Below are positions 57,059-64,000 of a stretch of 64,000 nucleotides of DNA, one piece after another. The stretch is from a virus: positions 42,806-106,805 of the IMG/VR virus record IMGVR_UViG_3300050821_005814. One strand, 5' to 3'. The position numbers and the translations under genes are program-made. The notes under the pieces are model-generated. The model did no database searches. It was not told the DNA's origin and was given only the letters and a program-made list of their open reading frames with translations. Each line of letters opens with the position of its first letter. Position 1 is the first letter of the stretch.

Positions 57059-57622
57059 TTATCGCCCCGCGGGCACCGCGACGTGTACGAGCGACAACGC
57101 AGTCGGCACATCCATCTTCGGCTCCGCGATCTTGCGCATCGACGCAGCAGTCGAGATGCTGAACAGCGCGGCAATGGCTGACAACACAGCGATAGCGCCA
57201 TTGTAGTACTGCCCCGCTTGCGCAGGCAGCGCACTGCCAGCACCAGTGAATGCCGTCGACAACGCCGATGTCAGCTTCGTGCCATCCTGCTCGAGTGCTG
57301 TGATGAATGCAGGAACGCTTGTCGTGTCAAACGAGAAGCTGACGTTACCATTCGCGGCTGTGTTGACAGCAGCGAAGCCGCTTTCGACCTGCGACAGAAT
57401 CCCCGAGATGACTGGCCCCGCTGCGCCGATCAATGGCGCAACGCCCGGGAAGCCCAAGAACGCTGTGACAAGCGCCGTGGCTCCCATCGCATATGCCGTG
57501 AACGTTGGCATGTTGATGGTCACGGTCGTCACACCGTTGACTGTGCTTGTCGTGCACCCAGCCACAAACCCCATAAGGGCAAGCGCTGAACCTGCTAGTA
57601 GCTTACGTCGTAACATTTGCAT
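57059..57622 (-). CDS. Lipoprotein with twin-arginine-like signal; spanin candidate
   Basis: MLRRKLL...FVAG-C lipobox; C-proximal hydrophobic helix; in the lysis cluster. Confidence 0.55.
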   Translation of the reverse strand: MQMLRRKLLAGSALALMGFVAGCTTSTVNGVTTVTINMPTFTAYAMGATALVTAFLGFPGVAPLIGAAGPVISGILSQVESGFAAVNTAANGNVSFSFDTTSVPAFITALEQDGTKLTSALSTAFTGAGSALPAQAGQYYNGAIAVLSAIAALFSISTAASMRKIAEPKMDVPTALSLVHVAVPAGR

Positions 57623-57639
57623 GTACTCCTGACCTATGA

Positions 57640-58371
57640 TCACTGCTGCTTTGTCGTGACGAGCGGTCCCGCCGGCGCAGCCGGGGGCGGCGGGGGTGGA
57701 GGGGGAGTACCCACCGCAGCGACCGGGATCGGCGCGCGGGTATCTGATTGGGACACGTGCGCTATCCCCTGCGAAACAGTCGCTAGGGGAGCTCCAGGCG
57801 CTCCCTGGACGGGGGTTGCAGCGGGCGGCGCTCCCTGGACAGGGGGATCCTGCGCAACCCCCTGCAAAGCAGCCGCAGGGGGAGCTACGGAGACGCTGGG
57901 ATCCGATGCTAGTAGCTTCCCAAGCTCGCCTGTCACCATGCGGGTGAGGGTCGCATTGTCCAGCCCCTTGCGCGCTAGCGCATCGGGGATGGACGCCATC
58001 ACGTGATTGATCCCTGCTGCCAGCGCAGCGTTCTTGAGCGGGATGGTCGGCACAGTCCCCGCAAGCTCGACCATTGTGTTGTAGGCAAGACCGCCTGCAC
58101 GCTGAACCGCATTATCAATCAGCAGCGAGTCAGCGGACGAGGCATCAAGCTTTAGCTTCTGCTTGATGAGCGTTGACAACCAAATGCCAATCGCAGGGAT
58201 AGCAACGCCAGCGAACGACACGAATGCTGTGATGAGCGGCGAGAAGTCAATGCTCCCACCGCTGCCCGTTTCATCGACAGCCGTTGCTGCATACGCAGCA
58301 GCGCAAGCGATCAGTGCCAGAAGCACGAATGCCGCTAGCACTGTCATCCGACGAATATAGTAGATAAGCAT
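57640..58371 (-). CDS. Holin-like membrane protein with Pro-rich tail
   Basis: Two N-terminal hydrophobic helices, IDNAVQRAGG.AY; directly after the endolysin. Confidence 0.55.
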   Translation of the reverse strand: MLIYYIRRMTVLAAFVLLALIACAAAYAATAVDETGSGGSIDFSPLITAFVSFAGVAIPAIGIWLSTLIKQKLKLDASSADSLLIDNAVQRAGGLAYNTMVELAGTVPTIPLKNAALAAGINHVMASIPDALARKGLDNATLTRMVTGELGKLLASDPSVSVAPPAAALQGVAQDPPVQGAPPAATPVQGAPGAPLATVSQGIAHVSQSDTRAPIPVAAVGTPPPPPPPPAAPAGPLVTTKQQ

Positions 58372-58403
58372 GTGAGACTCTCCTGACCTTGCAGTGGGTT
58401 CGT

Positions 58404-58946
58404 CTACGCGACGTGTTCCGTTGCTTCAGCGACAGCTGGCTCCGGTACGGGATCAGGTACAGGCGGCGGAGCGGATGGCGTGTACTTGTCTTCGGGGTAC
58501 CATGCGCCAGCGAACAGCTTCGCTTGGTCCTTTAGTGCGACACGCTGCACATGATCAGCGTCAACGAAGCTGTGGTGCTCCTGCGGCAGTCCCCAGTCGA
58601 GTCCTGAGATCAGCCCATGCTTGTTCGCGAGATCGCGCAGGAACCCCCACTCACCAGCCCAGGATGGCTGACCGTTGATGTCCTTGACGAGATCAGCCGC
58701 AAGCCCATAGTGATGCACGCCGACCTGCTGCAACGTCGTCGCCCCCTGCTTAAACAGGAACTGCTGCCGCTGCACAGACCGGTAGGTCTCGAACAGAATG
58801 AGCGGCTGACCATTGGCAGCGGACTCCGACATGATCGCTTGCACAGCCGCGCGCGTCACGGGTTCGAGGTACTCAAGATCGTTGACCTTTGCCGTTGCCT
58901 TGTAGAACGGTGCCTTGACAAGGAAGTCTGTGTAGAAGTTACCCAT
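58404..58946 (-). CDS. Endolysin, M15-family peptidase
   Basis: ETYRS..RQ..LF..G, HHYGLAAD, WG.DW, D.DHVQ. Confidence 0.85.
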   Translation of the reverse strand: MGNFYTDFLVKAPFYKATAKVNDLEYLEPVTRAAVQAIMSESAANGQPLILFETYRSVQRQQFLFKQGATTLQQVGVHHYGLAADLVKDINGQPSWAGEWGFLRDLANKHGLISGLDWGLPQEHHSFVDADHVQRVALKDQAKLFAGAWYPEDKYTPSAPPPVPDPVPEPAVAEATEHVA

Positions 58947-58966
58947 GGTACTCTCCTCTCCTGACC

Positions 58967-59374
58967 TTAGGAACACAAGCCTGCAGCAAGCCAACTGTTG
59001 CGGGCTTTCGAGAAATTGAGTTGCGTCGCATTGGACTGCCAGGTAACGGCCGGTCCGAATGCAGTGCCAGCTGGATCACCAATCGGCCATGCCGCGAACA
59101 CACGATCAATGTAGAGCGCACGCGCATACTCAGCGACGGGTGTGCCAAACGATGTCACGTCGATCTTGACGACATACGACCGTCCAGGCACACCGCCACC
59201 CACCGTCAAGTCGACGCATTGCCCGTTGACTGTCAGCGCTGCAATCACTGCTTCGCTAAGTCCATTCGGCGCGATAGCTGCCGACACGGACTCAATGACT
59301 GTGCTGCCAAGCGCGCATGCTGCGTCGATCTTATAGGTCTTGACGCTGCCTGGCTGCTTACGCCATCTGCGCAT
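58967..59374 (-). CDS. Tail-associated protein (fibre adaptor-like)
   Basis: KQP....Y.ID...GG..G.SY.V; coupled to the tail-fibre stop. Confidence 0.5.
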   Translation of the reverse strand: MRRWRKQPGSVKTYKIDAACALGSTVIESVSAAIAPNGLSEAVIAALTVNGQCVDLTVGGGVPGRSYVVKIDVTSFGTPVAEYARALYIDRVFAAWPIGDPAGTAFGPAVTWQSNATQLNFSKARNSWLAAGLCS

Positions 59375-60594
59375 CAGCTATACTCCTCAACGATGATAAG
59401 CCCGCCAGACCCAGAACCGCCAGCGAATGGGCCGCTACTTGCAGTAGCATTGGTGCCCCCACCGCCACCACCGAAGCCGCTGCCCGGCTGACCAACAGAC
59501 TGCCCCGACCCAGCACCTCCCGCGCTATACATTGAGGTGCCGCCATTCGATGCAATGTTGAGGATGTTAACGCCGCCCGCTTGCCAAACAGTCGTACCGC
59601 CTTGCGTAAGACCTCCCGCACGCCATGCATAGGCATTTGTCGTATTGACAGCCGTTGATCCAGCAAACACGACTGTCGCTGTCGTTGAGTACAGTCCGCC
59701 GCCCTGACCAAAGCCGTTCCCTGGCTGCTGCAACAATGTACCAAAAGATGTGTTACCACCAGACCCGCCATTGCTACCTGATGAAACGCCGCCCGCACCG
59801 CCAGTACCGCCAGCACCAATGGTGATAGCGAGCGATGCGCCAATGGCAGCAGCAGAGAAGATACCAATGCTCCAATGCCCGCCAAGACCGCCGCAGCTAA
59901 TTGAATCCTGCCCAACGCCTGGCGTTGCTGTACCACCAGCACCCCCACCTGCTCCCTGCACCTGCACGCGCGCCGAGCGCATGCCAACTGTTGGCGTGTA
60001 GGTGCCGCTTGCAGTGAATGCTTGCACGTTTAGCAAGCGTCCAGGAATGACCGGCGCATCGCTGACTAGCTGGAAGCTTGTGCCATCGTAGACGACCATG
60101 ATCATGGCACCAGCTAGCAACTCGCCGCCAAACATCGGCGTGCCGTCAGGGTGCACAAGCGGCGTTGCTGTGAAGCTGTTCGATGTAAGGGTCACGGCTC
60201 CTGTATTCGTGTGCGCGACCTTGATGCGCAGCGGAATCCCGACCAAACCGGCGAGGGAGCTAGGCGGATTTGCTAGCACGATCGCGAGCGCGTTGACAGC
60301 GCCACTGTCGACCTGATAGGTGCCACCGACCGAGCGGATCAAGCCAATGAGATTAGCTTCGATTGTCGCAATCGTGCCATCGTCAATGACTGTCTGCCCC
60401 GTGACATCGCAAATCGCTTGCGCGACGACAGATGCAATGATGGATGACTGGCGCCAGACCTTGTTCAGCTGTATGGACTGAGCGAGACCAGCCGAGAAGC
60501 CACCTGTCTGCCATGGCTGACCGACATAGGCCGCTTGCGTAATAACGTTCGCACCAGCCGCACTGGCAAAGGGTAGGAAGTCTTGTTCGGGCAC
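59374..60594 (-). CDS. Tail fibre protein with C-terminal glycine-rich domain
   Basis: DFLPFA..AGANV..Q..Y...GF..G.A.S..LNKVWRQ N-terminus; GAGGG...GSGGLIIVEEY. Confidence 0.85.
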   Translation of the reverse strand: MPEQDFLPFASAAGANVITQAAYVGQPWQTGGFSAGLAQSIQLNKVWRQSSIIASVVAQAICDVTGQTVIDDGTIATIEANLIGLIRSVGGTYQVDSGAVNALAIVLANPPSSLAGLVGIPLRIKVAHTNTGAVTLTSNSFTATPLVHPDGTPMFGGELLAGAMIMVVYDGTSFQLVSDAPVIPGRLLNVQAFTASGTYTPTVGMRSARVQVQGAGGGAGGTATPGVGQDSISCGGLGGHWSIGIFSAAAIGASLAITIGAGGTGGAGGVSSGSNGGSGGNTSFGTLLQQPGNGFGQGGGLYSTTATVVFAGSTAVNTTNAYAWRAGGLTQGGTTVWQAGGVNILNIASNGGTSMYSAGGAGSGQSVGQPGSGFGGGGGGTNATASSGPFAGGSGSGGLIIVEEYS

Positions 60595-60608
60595 GAGCTA
60601 AAACTCCC

Positions 60609-61145
60609 TTAAAGGACGAGCTGGAATTCAGTCCCGTCATAGACTAGCCAGTAGATGCCGTTCGCTGTGAGCGCGCTCGCAGCTAGCGCAGCGCCAGTCT
60701 GCGTTGTGATGTTGACAGCACCAAACCCATTGACGTTGATTGTCGACGCGCCGGTGTTCGTGTGCGCTGCCTTGACGAGAATCGGTATGCCGACAAGCGA
60801 GGCCAAGTTAGCGGGAGCTGGTGTCAGCAACCCGACAAGCGCATTAGCAGCGCCTGTGTCTGTGACGAATGCTCCCGCACCCCCGCGGATAAGCTTGATG
60901 AGATTGGCCTCGATCGTCGCTGTCGTACCATCGTCAATGACATTGACGCCAAGCACATCTGCAATCATCTGCCCGATGACAGCAGCCATGATCGAGCCTT
61001 GCCTGAACACCTTGTTGAATTGGTTCGACTGCGCAAGGCCGGACGCAAAGCCTGTTGGCGGCCATGACGCAGCAACATAGGTAGCTTGCGTGATGACGTT
61101 AGCACCAACGCCGCCTGCAAACACGATGAAGTCTTGTTCGGGCAT
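60609..61145 (-). CDS. Short tail-fibre paralogue (N-terminal module only)
   Basis: Closely similar to the first ~180 aa of 59374-60594. Confidence 0.8.
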   Translation of the reverse strand: MPEQDFIVFAGGVGANVITQATYVAASWPPTGFASGLAQSNQFNKVFRQGSIMAAVIGQMIADVLGVNVIDDGTTATIEANLIKLIRGGAGAFVTDTGAANALVGLLTPAPANLASLVGIPILVKAAHTNTGASTINVNGFGAVNITTQTGAALAASALTANGIYWLVYDGTEFQLVL

Positions 61146-61154
61146 GTCCTGACC

Positions 61155-61832
61155 TTATCCCATCACACTAGGGGGTACTGCGATCGAACCGACATCAAGC
61201 CCTGAGATCAGCGCTGTCTCGACATCAAAGCCAAACAGCGGCGCACCGGGGACAGATGTCAAATAGCTGAACTGCTGCACACCAGACGGCCGCAGCGGCA
61301 GATGCTCATTGAGTACGAGCAGTTGCACAAGCACAGGTGGCAGCGTGCCGCCAATCGCAACTGTCATCGTCATGTCCTGGTTGTCCTGCACAAGCAGCAT
61401 AGCACCAGGATAGGGCGCGAGCAGCATTTGGTAGATGTTCCATGCGCTAGTCAGCTCACCATTCCACTCGTTAGCAGCCGCTTTCGCGTAGAGAAACTCC
61501 CGGTAGAGATCGTCATACAGCGCAATCAAGCCCTGCGTTGGTGTGAACGGTCCAAACCAAATGGCTTGGTCAAATCCCTGGCCTGATGTGTCGAACGAAA
61601 AGAAGATGCCGTTGATCGGCGCGTTGATGTAGCGCGTCGCACCAATCCACTGTCCGACGATATCAAGCTGTACGCCTATCGCCTCGTCCAGGTCAAACGC
61701 TTGCGGGATGTTGTTGATGAACTCCTGCATTGCGACCTGCGGTGCAAGCACAAGCTCAAGCGTCGCCATGTACTTCGGCTTGCCTTGATGCTGGCTGGGT
61801 ACCAGCGCTAGATAGTCGGCGAGTGTGCGCAT
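61155..61832 (-). CDS. Baseplate wedge protein (DUF2612)
   Basis: YLALVPSQH..KPKY, FDLD.A.G.QLDIVGQWIG, DNQDMTM, FGFD. Confidence 0.85.
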   Translation of the reverse strand: MRTLADYLALVPSQHQGKPKYMATLELVLAPQVAMQEFINNIPQAFDLDEAIGVQLDIVGQWIGATRYINAPINGIFFSFDTSGQGFDQAIWFGPFTPTQGLIALYDDLYREFLYAKAAANEWNGELTSAWNIYQMLLAPYPGAMLLVQDNQDMTMTVAIGGTLPPVLVQLLVLNEHLPLRPSGVQQFSYLTSVPGAPLFGFDVETALISGLDVGSIAVPPSVMG

Positions 61833-63256
61833 TAGACGGTCGCAATCGTGATGTTGCTGGTGAGGATTGACGCTTGTTCAAAGAACGCCATGCTGATGTC
61901 CGTCGCGGACGGTTCGCCAGTCACAGTCGCGCCGAGCAATGCGGAGGCAGGTGTTGTTGCATTGTAGCCGCGCTGCACTGTCCAGACGAGCGTACCATTG
62001 CCGCCTGTCACAAGCATCTGTTCGGTGCCAATCTGAATGATGTACTGTCCCTGACCTGCTGACGGGAAGTTAGCGGCAGACGCGACAGGGATGGTTGTCT
62101 GCGAATTGGTGATGTTGCTCGTAAGCGTTGTCGTCGCTGACCGCGTGATCGTCACGGACTCAAGCTCAAACGTGTTGGGGTCGTTCGCATTGTTGGTGAT
62201 CGCGTACGGCCCCTGCAATTGCGCGGGGACATAGAGCCGCGTCAGGAACACGGACTGCCCAATGGGAAGCTGTCCAAGGTAGTTGGCAATCGACGCTTGG
62301 ATGTTCGAACCAATGACGCTGTTGTACCCAGGCAGCGGATGGATCGTGACAACGACTTTCAGCGCAACGGCGGACGGACGGAAGAAATTGATGACCTGCG
62401 GGAGCCCGTTCACGTCTGTGACTGTCTCAGACGTCGTACCATAGGTACCGCAGCCGATTGACTTCCCAAGCTGGATCGTTTGCGCAATCTGCAGCGCAAT
62501 GCCACCCTGTACAACGAATGCAATGCTATTCCTCGGCACGCCATTCGCATCAGTTGTCGATGTCGCGTTCTCGTAGGGTGAGACAGCTTGCACACCCGAC
62601 AGCGCAAGCACCTGCGCTTGCAGATTGTCAACGGTCGTCTGCTCAGGCGTTTCAGTCGAGACAGCTTGCCGCTGCCGCAACTGGACATCCATCTCAACAG
62701 GCTGCCCGACAGACGTTGCTGCTGCGACAGTCGCTGATTGCCAACCATTCGTTGGCGTCGACATCGTCAGCACTGTGCCAATCGGCGGCCCGACTATCGC
62801 TCCTGGTGCATTGCAGATAGCTGTGACGATGATTGAGCCGCTAATGGGGATCGTTGTCGAGAACGTCCATGAGTTGGTACCGTCGCTCACGACAGCGTTT
62901 GTCAATGGTATGCCCGCATTGCCAACAACAGTGATATCCATCTCGCTGTTCGTTGGCACCTTACGCCGCATGTTGTTGATCTTGACATTCGACGACAGGC
63001 CAACACCTTGTGCGGTCGAGGGCGAGAACGAGTTGTAGCAGGCGACGGCTTGCGCGCACACATCGTTGTAGGATGTCGACAGGAAGCCTACGAGCTCGCC
63101 ATCCTGACTATCATTCCCAAGGTAGACATCAGCACCATAGATCGCCTGGTAGCCAGTCGTGAAGTAGTTCTGAATGGAGGTGAAGGAAGGTGCGTGAATG
63201 CCAGTCGCGTCAATCGTGCAGACGGGAGGCGTTGGCAGCGTAATCGAGCCGCTCAT
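61832..63256 (-). CDS. Baseplate J-like protein
   Basis: IDATGI.AP, IYG.D.YL..DSQDG, YNSFSP.TAQG.GLS.NVKIN, E.D..LR.RQ. Confidence 0.9.
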   Translation of the reverse strand: MSGSITLPTPPVCTIDATGIHAPSFTSIQNYFTTGYQAIYGADVYLGNDSQDGELVGFLSTSYNDVCAQAVACYNSFSPSTAQGVGLSSNVKINNMRRKVPTNSEMDITVVGNAGIPLTNAVVSDGTNSWTFSTTIPISGSIIVTAICNAPGAIVGPPIGTVLTMSTPTNGWQSATVAAATSVGQPVEMDVQLRQRQAVSTETPEQTTVDNLQAQVLALSGVQAVSPYENATSTTDANGVPRNSIAFVVQGGIALQIAQTIQLGKSIGCGTYGTTSETVTDVNGLPQVINFFRPSAVALKVVVTIHPLPGYNSVIGSNIQASIANYLGQLPIGQSVFLTRLYVPAQLQGPYAITNNANDPNTFELESVTITRSATTTLTSNITNSQTTIPVASAANFPSAGQGQYIIQIGTEQMLVTGGNGTLVWTVQRGYNATTPASALLGATVTGEPSATDISMAFFEQASILTSNITIATV

Positions 63257-63636
63257 GATAGGGGACCTGCGATTGCAATGGGTTGGTCTGGCGATGCTAC
63301 AGGCACGAGCCCAAATGTCGTGTCGACTGTCATCACGGAAACGAATATGCGTGACGGAGACTGCGCTTGGCTCTGGTAAGCTATGATCTCATTGACATCT
63401 GGCGTTCCCAGCACGCGCGCTTGTAGCGCTAGATCGCGCGTCTGCGCTGTGTACTTGCCCAGCACCTGCGTGTACCAGGGGGTGCCGTCTGCTGTATCGA
63501 GAAACCATTCACCTTCAATCAAGCGCATGCGCGTGCCGATGATCTGTGCGACCGCCTGCACGTTGTTGACGAGGAAGTTTGCCTGGCTCTGCCCAAACGT
63601 GTAGTCCCCGTTCTTATCCTGCGCCCTGACTCTCAT
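63253..63636 (-). CDS. Baseplate wedge subunit (gp25/gp46-like)
   Basis: R..D.NGDYTFG, AVAQ.I.TR..L..GEWFLD...GTP. Confidence 0.85.
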   Translation of the reverse strand: MRVRAQDKNGDYTFGQSQANFLVNNVQAVAQIIGTRMRLIEGEWFLDTADGTPWYTQVLGKYTAQTRDLALQARVLGTPDVNEIIAYQSQAQSPSRIFVSVMTVDTTFGLVPVASPDQPIAIAGPLS

Positions 63637-64000
63637 GGCACCGCCACCGTTGTTCCGTTAATGACCAATGCCCCCGTGATGTGGACTGTCCCCGTGATGT
63701 TGACTGTCCCCGCTATGTCGATTGTGCCTGCGTTGATGTTGATGAGCTCGCCTGGCGCCTCGAGATCAATCTCCTGCGCTGCTTTGATATTGACCTTGCC
63801 GTTTGGCTGGTCGAGCTCGACAACAACCGTACCATCAATCGAGCGGAATTGCGCAGTCGTTGTACTGTAGTTGGCAGGCTTTGTCGCCTGCGAAAACGGA
63901 CCGTGAATCGCAAACGCATCAGACAGATCATGCAAGCGCGAGTCAAGCGGGGGTTGTATGCCGCCAGACTGCCACCATCCATCTATGTTGCGCGCTGCGT
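63633..64000 (-). CDS. Baseplate spike (Gp138-like) C-terminal part; 5' end outside the window
   Basis: IDGWWQSGG...R.HDLSDAFAI.G, beta-helix repeats. Confidence 0.8.
   Translation of the reverse strand, partial: AARNIDGWWQSGGIQPPLDSRLHDLSDAFAIHGPFSQATKPANYSTTTAQFRSIDGTVVVELDQPNGKVNIKAAQEIDLEAPGELININAGTIDIAGTVNITGTVHITGALVINGTTVAVP

Noticed and set aside
1-64000. tRNA genes, integrase, repressor, IS elements
   Set aside because: No cloverleaf with a T-loop consensus and no recombinase or transposase motifs recognised by eye; tRNAscan/ARAGORN not run

Overview
A 64-kb segment of a GC-rich dsDNA tailed phage with a contractile-type baseplate. The host is probably alphaproteobacterial (GcrA-like HTH, NusG paralogue, IHF-like site; inference). 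No integrase, tRNA or CRISPR array was seen. Layout: (i) 1-11.3 kb, minus strand: portal N-terminus, large and small terminase, NusG-like factor, many small membrane or secreted proteins including a PEP-CTERM protein; (ii) 11.5-46.2 kb, plus strand: replication, recombination and nucleotide metabolism (primase, clamp, UDG-PolA fusion, clamp loader, UvsY-like, gp32-like SSB, RecA, NrdJ, ThyX, resolvase, SbcCD, DnaB, SNF2 helicase) plus a split 7-deazaguanine DNA-modification pathway (queC, folE, dpdA-like, queD, queE) with an OMP-decarboxylase-like gene embedded in it; (iii) 46.4-56.1 kb: a structured non-coding leader followed by about 19 small co-oriented genes punctuated by 13 related structured intergenic elements, each starting at the upstream stop codon and ending in (C)AATGGGAGAAC-N4-7-ATG; (iv) 56.1-64 kb, minus strand: lysis, tail-fibre and baseplate genes. 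The best candidate for an undescribed system is the element array in (iii): covarying ~22-bp hairpins with a mutually exclusive 3' hairpin, a leader segment complementary to the shared RBS, and a 14-bp inverted repeat linking the leader to the array terminator. All annotation is by eye from motifs; no searches or folding programs were run.
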